A stretch of 64,000 nt of DNA, taken from assembly GCA_028571455.1 (NCBI GenBank), contig JAPVVG010000103.1, forward strand, positions 4,847 through 68,846. Reading direction: 5' to 3'. The notes beneath the pieces are model-generated. The model was given only the letters and a program-made list of their open reading frames with translations. It did no database searches and had not been told where the DNA came from. Numbering within the stretch: position 1 is the stretch's first letter; each line of letters begins with the position of its first letter. The position numbers were made by a program, and so were the translations under genes. The stretch is from Desulfobacteraceae bacterium. GTDB taxonomy: Bacteria; Desulfobacterota; Desulfobacteria; Desulfobacterales; ETH-SRB1. This document shows, piece by piece, positions 45,505-54,368 of this stretch.

Positions 45505-46228
45505 TTTGCAGTGCCTCCTCATTAAGCCCGTTGGATTGGGGCGGATTGGGAATCATTTCACGCACAAATTTTCTCATGGTGCATTTCTCAGGGCGGATAA
45601 ACTTGATTATTCCTCTCTGCATGACCGGTTTCCAAAACCGACTGTGAAGCCGGTTTTCTCCGTTTGAATCAGATTTGCCATTCTCATCCGTTTTCCCTGT
45701 TTCATCTGGATAATCAAACCCATGAAACATGATGCCGTAATCCAAACGCTCAAGGTCGTCATAAACACCGGTTTCTTCCCCAAAACGGCACGGTTCCACA
45801 TAACCTTGGCATTCTCGTGCACCGAGAAAAATGTCCTGTCTCCCGCCTTTATCAATCATTCGTTTTGCAATCTGAAAATGTTTCCCGTCAATACGATCCG
45901 CTGCCATATCTTCACGAAACAAATTCCACTCAAAATGTGCCTGTACCTGATATTCGACATCCGCAAGATACGTGTACATCGCCAATGTATTCCCACCTCC
46001 ATAATTTAGAGGCTTAATACTTTTGGCTTCCGTTTTTATCGGTTTCATTATCCGAACTTCATCAATTATCCAGATTAAAGTAGGCTTCCAGTAGACGGAT
46101 TTCAAAATCCCTTTTAATGCCTCATATGTAGGAATATGGTAGGAACACTTCTCGCCGCCCATTCTGGTCACGGGATCGGTGAACAGAGCATGCCGCCCCG
46201 TTACTTTGAATTCAACACTGTTTTTCAC
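45491..46228 (-). CDS. cas5: Type I-C pre-crRNA endoribonuclease Cas5c (Cas5d)
   Basis: 245 aa: FKVTGRHALFTDPVTRMGGEKCSYHIPTYEALKGILKSVYWKP. No cas6 is present in the locus. Confidence 0.9.
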   Translation of the reverse strand: MKNSVEFKVTGRHALFTDPVTRMGGEKCSYHIPTYEALKGILKSVYWKPTLIWIIDEVRIMKPIKTEAKSIKPLNYGGGNTLAMYTYLADVEYQVQAHFEWNLFREDMAADRIDGKHFQIAKRMIDKGGRQDIFLGARECQGYVEPCRFGEETGVYDDLERLDYGIMFHGFDYPDETGKTDENGKSDSNGENRLHSRFWKPVMQRGIIKFIRPEKCTMRKFVREMIPNPPQSNGLNEEALQNELD

Positions 46229-46238
46229 TTTAACCTCC

Positions 46239-48698
46239 TTATGCGCTTAAAAATTTCATTTCTGAGACCGGTTCCAGGCTTACACCAAAATCTTTACTGT
46301 AATATTGATCATCCAAATACCATATTCCGCTTTCTTCATACGTCTGAAACAGGGCATTTTCTTCACGCAGTTTTTTAATCATATAGGGGAAAATATTTAC
46401 AGAATACTGCTGCGCAGTTTTCAATAGCTTCGATTCTTCTTTCAGGTGTAATTTTGCCGAAAGCTTTGCAATTATTGACTTTGCCTCTTCATTGTACGGA
46501 ACAATAATTGCCTCTGTTGGTGCATCAATTATACGGAAATGTTTGCCCGCTGTTTTGAATGCCTGCCTCAAATACAGGGAGGGACTTCCGCTTTTTCTTT
46601 TGTATTCTTCAACAGATTGCCGGTTTTCTGAAAGCAGAGACAGCAAATTGTCGTCACTGCCCAATCTCTCTCTGGATACCTGATAACTCATTTCATGCGC
46701 TCGTTCGTAAAAATAGTACTTATAAAATTGTTTCATGGCTTTATGGCCGATTCTATCTTTATCGAAGTCGGCAGGATTCTTTTTATACTCATCAAGGATT
46801 CGTAATGTCACATCTTGAGCTGTCCTGATTTCCGGTAATTTATCAAGGTTTTCATTTTGCATATTGACGATTTGCACTATTCCCTTGACTTCTTGTCTTC
46901 CGTTGCGATTACAACGCCCTGCTGCCTGGGCTATAGAATCAAGACCGGCCAAACAACGAATGACAGCTCCGAAGTCTACGTCCACCCCGGCCTCAATCAA
47001 CTGGGTGCTGATGCAGATGACTGGTTTAGAATTCGATGGGCCAAGACAATCAATCACCTGGTTTAAAATAATTTTCCGGTGCTTGGGACACATGTTTGTG
47101 CTGAGGTGAAATACATTTTTCGACAGACCGTGACAGGATTCGTATAAGCGTTTTGCATTTGCCTTTGTATTTGTAACGACAAGCACGCTTCCCTTATCTT
47201 GCAAAAGCGCTTTCACACGCTCTGTCAAATCTTCTTCCGTCCATCCCCCGCTTTTTTGACAATCTTGCACCTTCACCCGATTTAGTGCATCAAAAAGCGG
47301 AGGATAATCCACGATTTCCATAGCATCAGAATACGGCACAGTGCCTTTAGACGGTTCAACTTCATGCAAAAGCGGCTGGGTCGCAGTGCAAAAAATAACA
47401 GTAGAAAAGCAAAGATCTGTTAAAAAATTAATTGCGTTGTTAAACATGTGAACGGTTTTGATTGGCAGAGTCTGAATTTCATCAAAAATGATGACAGATT
47501 TTGCAAGTTGATGCATACGACGCACACTGCGTGTTCCGCCTCCGAAAAGCGTTTCCAGTAATTGTACGGATGTAGTGAATACGATCGGCGCATCCCAGTT
47601 TTCCGACAAAATCCGGTTTCGGTATGTGTCTTTTTCAGGCACAAGATTTGAGTGGTGCTCCAAAACAATTTCTTTGGATATGCCATCAAATATTTTAGCC
47701 ACTTCTGATGCGTTCTGATCAATTATCGAGGTATACGGAATGACATAAATAATACGGTCAAGTTCATGCTCTTTTGCATGGTGGAGGGCAAAACGAAGAC
47801 TGGAGAATGTTTTTCCGCCTCCTGTCGGAACCGTCAAATAATAAAGTCCCTGCTTGTCATTTGCCCGTTGCCTGCAGGACGATGAAATCTCGCATCTTTT
47901 TTGATCGACTTTATTTTTAATTTCAAAGGATATTTGTTCAAAACAATCTATCAGTTTTTGCCAATCCGGGTAATTCCCGAGATAACGCAATTTTGCATCT
48001 TCCGGGTTTTCGAAATTGGCGGTACTCAACCTGTCCGCATCCACTAAACTACTGAAAAGGAAGCGGACCAACAGTCCTTTTGAAAATTGCCGTACAGGGT
48101 CACAGTAAAACCCATGGATCTTGCTTATGAAATTCCTTAATTGATCATTTTTCCCCTCTGTTTTAATCAGTTCAGTGATGCGGTCTGAAATTGAATAATC
48201 AATTTTTTCTTGCGCCTCGCAATAATGCGTCGTAGTGAAATCTTTATTCAGTCGCACTGAAAATTTATCTTCACCGGCAATATCGAATACATCGATCAAG
48301 CCCGAATGGTGAGAGAGTACACATAAAGAGACTATTTCCACCGCCAGTTTGTTGATTTTGACTTCATCTTTTAATGCATCCCAAATCCATTGCGCACCGG
48401 CAGTGGAATGATCGATTTTGCCTCTTAATCTCTCTGCATCTACATAGTTTTTATCCCCCGGAAAAAGCAATCCAACGGCGGATTTTATGTAGCATTGATA
48501 TTCAAAACTGTATTTTCCCAAGTCATGAAGTAGCCCTGACAGCTCACCGATCAGATCCAACCCGATTTTGCCCGCAAATTTTTTAGCAAACAGAGAAGTT
48601 TCAACTGAGTGTGTTTTCACGCTATGTCTGGCACAATCGACTTTGCGATAATGTGCCAAATAGGATGTAGTCTTCATTTTAATATCTTCTTTTTTCAA
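46239..48698 (-). CDS. cas3: Cas3 helicase-nuclease (HD domain plus SF2 helicase)
   Basis: 819 aa. HD motifs (LLHDLGK), Walker A PTGGGKT and DEIQ box. An alternative start is ATG 48677. Confidence 0.95.
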   Translation of the reverse strand: MKKEDIKMKTTSYLAHYRKVDCARHSVKTHSVETSLFAKKFAGKIGLDLIGELSGLLHDLGKYSFEYQCYIKSAVGLLFPGDKNYVDAERLRGKIDHSTAGAQWIWDALKDEVKINKLAVEIVSLCVLSHHSGLIDVFDIAGEDKFSVRLNKDFTTTHYCEAQEKIDYSISDRITELIKTEGKNDQLRNFISKIHGFYCDPVRQFSKGLLVRFLFSSLVDADRLSTANFENPEDAKLRYLGNYPDWQKLIDCFEQISFEIKNKVDQKRCEISSSCRQRANDKQGLYYLTVPTGGGKTFSSLRFALHHAKEHELDRIIYVIPYTSIIDQNASEVAKIFDGISKEIVLEHHSNLVPEKDTYRNRILSENWDAPIVFTTSVQLLETLFGGGTRSVRRMHQLAKSVIIFDEIQTLPIKTVHMFNNAINFLTDLCFSTVIFCTATQPLLHEVEPSKGTVPYSDAMEIVDYPPLFDALNRVKVQDCQKSGGWTEEDLTERVKALLQDKGSVLVVTNTKANAKRLYESCHGLSKNVFHLSTNMCPKHRKIILNQVIDCLGPSNSKPVICISTQLIEAGVDVDFGAVIRCLAGLDSIAQAAGRCNRNGRQEVKGIVQIVNMQNENLDKLPEIRTAQDVTLRILDEYKKNPADFDKDRIGHKAMKQFYKYYFYERAHEMSYQVSRERLGSDDNLLSLLSENRQSVEEYKRKSGSPSLYLRQAFKTAGKHFRIIDAPTEAIIVPYNEEAKSIIAKLSAKLHLKEESKLLKTAQQYSVNIFPYMIKKLREENALFQTYEESGIWYLDDQYYSKDFGVSLEPVSEMKFLSA

Positions 48699-48760
48699 TA
48701 TTGTTTCCTCTGATTTGCAGTTTTTCTACAAACTAAAAAATCATTTTTGCTATCAAAGTA

Positions 48761-49675
48761 TTATTTAAAAATGCGCCAAAAAGGGTCATTATGCCAATTC
48801 TTGAAAAAGCCCATTTTTTCAAGTTGTATATCGGGATTATTGTCAAGAAGATCCAACAAACGGTATTGCCAGCGTGACCCATCTGCTACGACAGACAGAA
48901 ACACATTCAAAACAGCGGCTTGAGCATAAAAACCGGTATTATTTTGAAGATGTCTTTTAAATTTATTTGCGACTTTCGGCTTAACTGTAAATTTTCTGTT
49001 CCAGATACGTGAATGGTGTGCGCAGAGGTTTCGAAGATAAGTAAATGACTGCAGCCAGGATGACATTATATTGTAATGCAGATAATATTGATCGCTAATT
49101 TGTTTGCGATCTTTTCGTGATCTTAGATTGCTGAAAATATTTGACCATGCTCCTACAGAAAGAGCTTCCGCCACTATCCAGACAGGCGGCAGATATGGTT
49201 TGTTATAATTTTTAAAATAAGTACCGCAGGATTTATTTTGTTTTTTTCTATTATTAAAGCCTGTTTCATATTCGATGGTTTTTATTAAGTCTTTATAATT
49301 AAAGCTGGATTTAAAGAGCATTGGTTTGAGATACCAATGGGGTCCGTATTTTTCACACATTGTGGAGGAAATAGTTGTTCGTATGGCAACTTCGATTCTT
49401 TCTACAGCATCCATAACCAATAATCTGAGCTTTCTATCAAAAATATAGAGCGATATTATAGAATCAAATGTAGTGCCCTTTTTAAAAATGTGCTCAGAAG
49501 TATTTTGAAGCTGGAAAGTTCGAAAATAACCGGAAAGGCGGTGGTAGCCTATAAAGCGAAGATAATGGAGAACTCGTTTTGGGTTTTTAACAAGCAGGCC
49601 TTGCTTAACAAGAAGCTCAAGCTGTTGGTCGATATTTAAAACCGGTTTTTCGTAACGCTGATAGATTTCAGACAT
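48761..49675 (-). CDS. Abi_2 (AbiD/AbiF-like) abortive-infection family protein with HEPN-type Rx4H motif
   Basis: From ATG 49675: MSEIYQRYEKPVLNIDQQLELL.... Contains LRNLCAHHSRIWN (R-x4-H). The track ORF's TTG start at 49702 lacks support. Confidence 0.75.
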   Translation of the reverse strand: MSEIYQRYEKPVLNIDQQLELLVKQGLLVKNPKRVLHYLRFIGYHRLSGYFRTFQLQNTSEHIFKKGTTFDSIISLYIFDRKLRLLVMDAVERIEVAIRTTISSTMCEKYGPHWYLKPMLFKSSFNYKDLIKTIEYETGFNNRKKQNKSCGTYFKNYNKPYLPPVWIVAEALSVGAWSNIFSNLRSRKDRKQISDQYYLHYNIMSSWLQSFTYLRNLCAHHSRIWNRKFTVKPKVANKFKRHLQNNTGFYAQAAVLNVFLSVVADGSRWQYRLLDLLDNNPDIQLEKMGFFKNWHNDPFWRIFK

Positions 49676-49734
49676 AAAAAACCCGCCGAGGTGCGCATCC
49701 AATGGAGAGGCGTGGCGGGGATTGTTATAAACAA

Positions 49735-49763
49735 TATAACATTTACCCCGCCTAATTTGTCAA
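49735..49763 (-). promoter_or_regulatory. Possible sigma70-type promoter for abi (and cas3)
   Basis: Minus strand has TTGACA at 49763-49758, then TTATAT (18-nt spacing) or TATATT (19-nt spacing). The spacing is suboptimal. Confidence 0.25.
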
Positions 49764-49796
49764 GTAATAATTTAACTAAATTTTATTGCATAATCT

Positions 49797-49829
49797 AATT
49801 TAATCCACGCCCTCATAAAAGAGGGCGAC
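49797..49829 (-). ncRNA. Solitary degenerate CRISPR-repeat-like hairpin (pseudo-repeat)
   Basis: Minus strand reads GTCGCCCTCTTTTATGAGGGCGTGGATTAAATT, against array repeat GTCGCTCCCCATGCGGGGGCGTGGATTGAAAC. They share 5' GTCGC and GCGTGGATT. The stem is kept by compensatory changes (CGCCCTC/GAGGGCG). Confidence 0.5.
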
Positions 49830-49918
49830 ATTTCCTTTTAATACTTCATTCCCGTCTTTTTGTTTTACATTACGCACCCTTCGCTGTTCTGTTTTGTGCT
49901 TTTTATCTCTTTCGCGAT

Positions 49919-50446
49919 TCATAATTCTGCCTTAATTTCCTCGATGCGATCCTTGATCTGCTTGATTTGTCGGTGCTTATGCATCTGATTTGCCGATTTT
50001 CCAAGCAAATACCGACTCACTGTTTCCAGTTTATGATTGGGCAAATGTGGATACTGCTTTCTGCTCATTTTTAGTGTGCATAAAGACCGGTTGTTCAGAC
50101 TCATGCTGAGTAAAGCAAATTCATTCCTGAGAAATCCGATATCAAAACTTGCATTGTGGGCTATCAGGATACTTCCGGCAATGAATTTGTAAAACTCCGG
50201 CAGCGCCTCATCCGGCTTTGGTTCGCCATATAGCATTTCGTTGGTTATGCCGTACACCCGCTGAACTTGCCGTGGGATTATTTTGTCAACATCGATAAGA
50301 CTGCTGAATTCATCAACAATGCTCTGATTCTCAATAGCAACAGCGCCGATCTCTATTACCCTGTCCCCGTTTTTGGGCGAAAGACCGGTTGTTTCCACAT
50401 CCAGCGCTACATACCGATTTGTTGAGTTTATACGGTTGTTCGACAT
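49919..50446 (-). CDS. DEDDh-type 3'-5' exonuclease (DnaQ/epsilon-like), C-terminus atypical
   Basis: 175 aa. Exo I is ALDVETTGL and Exo II is LIAHNASFDIGFL. The expected Exo III Hx4D is not recognisable; the sequence ends ...NQMHKHRQIKQIKDRIEEIKAEL. Confidence 0.7.
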   Translation of the reverse strand: MSNNRINSTNRYVALDVETTGLSPKNGDRVIEIGAVAIENQSIVDEFSSLIDVDKIIPRQVQRVYGITNEMLYGEPKPDEALPEFYKFIAGSILIAHNASFDIGFLRNEFALLSMSLNNRSLCTLKMSRKQYPHLPNHKLETVSRYLLGKSANQMHKHRQIKQIKDRIEEIKAEL

Positions 50447-50643
50447 GATTTCATTTCGCCCTGAAAAGAGTCTTATTCTTTTTCATTCAACTTTTTCCGT
50501 CTTTTCTGAGGAATGTCCAGATAGTTCTCGGGGGAGACAACCAGATGTTTCCATCACCCCTCCTAATCCTCATTTTTCCGTTTTGGTCGGTCTAAACTTA
50601 AAATCCGGTGGGAATATCTGTCCATTTGTGCTTCATAATGTGA

Positions 50644-50775
50644 TTATCTGAAATTACCCATGTCCACATAATCCCGTAACGCATTGGTAAATTCCTTGCC
50701 TTGTCCTTCGAAACAACGGACAACGGCCATAGTGGCATCGATCTGGTAGGGTTGCTGTTTGAATATCAGCTTCAT
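50644..50775 (-). pseudogene. 43-codon stub of a type III restriction (Res) / SF2 helicase gene, ATGA-coupled to rhuM
   Basis: Own translation: MKLIFKQQPYQIDATMAVVRCFEGQGKEFTNALRDYVDMGNFR-stop. It resembles the N-termini of type III Res enzymes. Its ATG overlaps the rhuM TGA. Confidence 0.45.
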
Positions 50776-51800
50776 TTATCACGATCCTCATTACCCAATA
50801 GTTTTTGGACTTCCCGATCAAAGTCTGAAACATAGTTCTTATCTTGAATTATCCTGTATTTATCGAATTCCGCTTCTGCTTTCAATTTTACCTCGAGCAT
50901 ATTTACTTTGCCCAAATTGGCAAGAATCGGATAATCTGAAAGCTCCAGAAACTGTGTAAGAAATTGATCCCAGTCTGCCATGTTCATCACTTTTCTGTTG
51001 TGCGCCCGATTTTCTGCCATATCAAGATATGCGGTGACAATTCGCTCCAATTGTCGGAGATGTTCTTCATTGAGATAATTTTTGGCAATAGATACATCGC
51101 TTTTAAGAATTTTACCATCCGGAGCGTTCTTCCATGTTTTCAGCCCCATGTACGCCTTTTGAGCATCTACTTCATTGTAAATAATTTCTGCTGCAGTTTT
51201 ACCGGTTATGGCCCAATGCAATTTATTCTGTACTGTTGCGTAAAAGTGTTTAGTTATATCGGCCTGGCTGTCATAATCTGCTGAAAGAGCGTAAATGTCG
51301 GTGATTTTCTGATATATTCTCCGCTCACTCAAGCGAATTTCCCGAATCCGCTCCAGCATCTCATCAAAATAGTCCTGCCCAAAGTGTTTGATTTGTTTTA
51401 ACCGTTCATCATCCATGGCAAAGCCTTTAATGATGTACTCATGCAAAATCTCGCCTGCCCATTTTCGAAATTCGATTGCCCTATGCGAATTGACCCTAAA
51501 CCCTACTGCGGTTATGGCTTTTAAGTTATAGAACTTTGAAACATAGGATTTACTATCTTCCGCAGTATGTCGGAAATCCCGACATACTGAATTTTCCAAT
51601 AATTCTCCTTCGGAAAAAATATTTTTTAAATGCTCTGTAATGGTAGTTCGCCCTTTTTCAAAGAGTTCCGCCATTTTTTTTTGAGTCAGCCAAAGGGTTT
51701 CTTCATAAAAAAAGACATCTATATTTACCTTGCCACTTTTTGTTTTAAAGACGACAAAATTAGAAAAGGGTTGTAATTCGGAAGAGTTTTTGTTTTTCAT
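50772..51800 (-). CDS. rhuM: RhuM-family protein
   Basis: 342 aa with the N-terminal signature LWLTQKKMAELFEKGRTTITEHLKNIF...AVGFRVNSHRAIEFRKWA. The length is typical of the full-length family. Confidence 0.75.
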   Translation of the reverse strand: MKNKNSSELQPFSNFVVFKTKSGKVNIDVFFYEETLWLTQKKMAELFEKGRTTITEHLKNIFSEGELLENSVCRDFRHTAEDSKSYVSKFYNLKAITAVGFRVNSHRAIEFRKWAGEILHEYIIKGFAMDDERLKQIKHFGQDYFDEMLERIREIRLSERRIYQKITDIYALSADYDSQADITKHFYATVQNKLHWAITGKTAAEIIYNEVDAQKAYMGLKTWKNAPDGKILKSDVSIAKNYLNEEHLRQLERIVTAYLDMAENRAHNRKVMNMADWDQFLTQFLELSDYPILANLGKVNMLEVKLKAEAEFDKYRIIQDKNYVSDFDREVQKLLGNEDRDK

Positions 51801-51874
51801 AATTATATCACCGTTACTTTCGTTTCTATATTTTTATCAGTCAAGTCCGGTGTCTGCATTAATAATAACTAACC

Positions 51875-52090
51875 TTAATGCAATACGGTTTTCATTTCCT
51901 GACTACCTTCCACATTTAAAAATACGCCAAAATGAATCTTTATGCCAATTTCCATATCATCTTCAATGACAGCGCAAATAATCTCTTTTAGCAGGTCTTT
52001 ATCAATTTTTCCTGCCGCGACATGATAGCTGATGTTTTCCATCTCATGGATAAATCGCTTGGATTGCTTTCTGAATTTCGGTAACGGCAA
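51875..52090 (-). CDS. Hypothetical small protein (may be the 3' part of a frameshifted gene)
   Basis: 71-aa track ORF with a TTG start. It overlaps, in another frame, a 36-aa ORF (52044-52154, MMISKELTNSTIERQNVLNNQFAVTEIQKAIQAIYP) that has a GGAG RBS. Confidence 0.3.
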   Translation of the reverse strand: MPLPKFRKQSKRFIHEMENISYHVAAGKIDKDLLKEIICAVIEDDMEIGIKIHFGVFLNVEGSQEMKTVLH

Positions 52091-52234
52091 ACTGGTTGTT
52101 CAGAACATTCTGGCGTTCTATCGTTGAGTTTGTAAGTTCTTTTGAGATCATCATAATTGCTCCATCAATTTATTTGAGCCATTCTTTGACAAGATGAGCG
52201 TTGTTATTATTAGAAAATCATAAAAATTAAATTC

Positions 52235-53107
52235 CTACAGTTTAAATTCATCCCTGATTTCAGTAACATCCTTTAAAATGCGCTCACTTTCTTTCCAATC
52301 TATTTGAAAATTGCCAACCAGATGCAAAAAATAAAGATGCAGGCTTTTTTCTTTTCGATTAAAGATAAACCGGTTGCGGCTGTTATAAGTGAAAAAATAT
52401 GTAGGCACGGGTTTTTCGTTGTTTAAAAGGGCAAACAGGTGGCCATAGAAGCCGTGGTTATATCGCTGGCCGCTGGAACCGGAACCGCCCTTTATATAGT
52501 AAAAATGTCCATCTTGGTCTTTGCAAAAATAGTATTGCTGCCAGGGATTTCTGCTGTCCCAGTGATTAAAAGGCCGCGGCATTTCGTACCGGCGATGATA
52601 GCGGTATTCTACCCGCTCTTTAAAGGAATTTTCTTTTTCCCAGTATTTTTCCCACTCGTCTTCATATATGATTTGATATTCTTCCTTTACCCGCTCAATC
52701 ATTTCTGGGAAAATTTCCTGATCCAAATCCTTAATTATTTTGTCCCTGAGGTCGCCCTCTTTCATGTTTTTATATTCCGGTTCGTTTTTTAAGAACTCCA
52801 TCCGTTCATCGATAAGCTTTATATGTTCTCTGTTTCTGTCCCACCAATATTTTCTAACTTCCTCTTCCACCCGAGAACATAAAATAACTTTCTCTTTTTC
52901 TGTATAACGATCATTATCCCACAAATCATTTTCAAGCCTTTCCATGTAAACATATACCGAAAAAAACCGCATGGTTTTGTCAATTTTCTCATACACCTCT
53001 TTTAGAGACGGACCTGTCATGAAGGCCGATAGTTCAAAGTATCTCAATCTGTCAGTCTCTGCCTCAGCGATCAGAGCTCGAATTATATCTGGATAATTTT
53101 CAAACAT
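52235..53107 (-). CDS. Hypothetical protein, no recognisable domain (Trp/Tyr/Glu/Lys-rich)
   Basis: 290-aa ORF that starts 47 bp downstream of the fic stop on the same strand. No motif recognised. Confidence 0.6.
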   Translation of the reverse strand: MFENYPDIIRALIAEAETDRLRYFELSAFMTGPSLKEVYEKIDKTMRFFSVYVYMERLENDLWDNDRYTEKEKVILCSRVEEEVRKYWWDRNREHIKLIDERMEFLKNEPEYKNMKEGDLRDKIIKDLDQEIFPEMIERVKEEYQIIYEDEWEKYWEKENSFKERVEYRYHRRYEMPRPFNHWDSRNPWQQYYFCKDQDGHFYYIKGGSGSSGQRYNHGFYGHLFALLNNEKPVPTYFFTYNSRNRFIFNRKEKSLHLYFLHLVGNFQIDWKESERILKDVTEIRDEFKL

Positions 53108-53154
53108 AATAATTTTTATACCACACCATTTCGTCGGATAAAAACAAGATTATC

Positions 53155-54282
53155 TCATTTTTCCGCGTAATCTGCCCATATTATGTCATAGCTGACACTG
53201 CGACCCCTGCCCGGGTTCTGCCTGAATATCTGCTTTGCAACCAGGTCGGATATCTCGCGATAAGCGGTTGCCCGGCTAACCTTTAGCATGCCCACATATT
53301 TACGGGTGGTCAGACCGCCTTCGAAACCGCCTGGGCCGGCATCCAGCAAACGATTGATAACCTTTTTCTGTCGTTTATTCAGTGTTGTCTGCCCATGCTG
53401 CTGCCAGAACCGTGCCTTTGCCAGAACATTTGAAATCAATGTCTCTGAATGCTCAAGCGCTCGTTCAAAACATTCCAGAAACCATAGCAGCCAATCGGTT
53501 ATATTGCCGTCTCCTTTCTGGCATCGCTCCAGCACACGGTAATATTCATCCCTTTCAGCCATGATACGTGTTGAAAGGCTGTAAAACCTGGACGGCTGGT
53601 TCTCATCCTGTGCCAACGCCATATCGGTAAGGGCTCTGGCGATCCGTCCATTACCATCTTCAAACGGATGAATAGTGACAAACCGAAAATGGGCTATAGC
53701 GGCCCGCAGCAGTCCCTCGATATTTTTCGATCCCTTTGTCCACCATTGGATGAAATCTCTGATTTCCATATCCACCTGGTCTGATGGCGGCGCCTCAAAG
53801 TGGACTTTTTCTTTCCCAACAGGGCCGGATACCACCTGCATAAGTTCCGGGCCTCGCCATTGGCCGGTACGAATTTTCCGCAAGCCTGAATACCCGGTCG
53901 GGAAGAGGGCGGCCTGCCAGCCCATCAGTCTTTCGGGCGATAGCGGCTCGCTGTAATTTGCAGTGGCATCCAGCAGCACATCCACCAGGCCATCGACAAT
54001 CCGTTCCGTAGCGGGCAAACCGGCTGTCGGCAGCCCAAGTCGCCGTGCCACTGAAGACCTGACCGAATCCCTGTGCAGGGCCTGCCCTTCAATCGCAGCG
54101 GTTTTAACGGCTTCTTCAATCAATATTTCAACTCTGGCTTCTTTACTGAATTTCAAACCCAGAGCATTCACCTTGCTCAGCAACCTGCCCTGGCGCAGTC
54201 GAGCCCGGCCAAGCGGTTGAATCAGTGCATCACTTTCCCAGCTAAACTCTGTCCAGTTTGTATTTTGCCATACATAACGCAT
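53155..54282 (-). CDS. fic: Fic family protein (Fic_N/DUF4172-type N-terminus, canonical Fic motif, C-terminal wHTH)
   Basis: 375 aa: MRYVWQNTNWTEFSWES.... Contains HPFEDGNGRIARAL. Confidence 0.9.
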   Translation of the reverse strand: MRYVWQNTNWTEFSWESDALIQPLGRARLRQGRLLSKVNALGLKFSKEARVEILIEEAVKTAAIEGQALHRDSVRSSVARRLGLPTAGLPATERIVDGLVDVLLDATANYSEPLSPERLMGWQAALFPTGYSGLRKIRTGQWRGPELMQVVSGPVGKEKVHFEAPPSDQVDMEIRDFIQWWTKGSKNIEGLLRAAIAHFRFVTIHPFEDGNGRIARALTDMALAQDENQPSRFYSLSTRIMAERDEYYRVLERCQKGDGNITDWLLWFLECFERALEHSETLISNVLAKARFWQQHGQTTLNKRQKKVINRLLDAGPGGFEGGLTTRKYVGMLKVSRATAYREISDLVAKQIFRQNPGRGRSVSYDIIWADYAEK

Positions 54283-54313
54283 TTTAGCCTTCTTTTCGCT
54301 TCATAATTTAAAG

Positions 54314-54344
54314 CGATTATAATCGTTATTCGCTTCAAAAGCAA
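54314..54344 (-). promoter_or_regulatory. Putative sigma70 promoter for fic with a 12-bp perfect palindrome over the -10
   Basis: Minus strand reads TTGCTT-17 nt-TATAAT. The palindrome CGATTATAATCG (54314-54325) is flanked by direct GAAGCGAA repeats. Confidence 0.4.
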
Positions 54345-54368
54345 ATACTTTGATGGCCGGCAGAGTTT

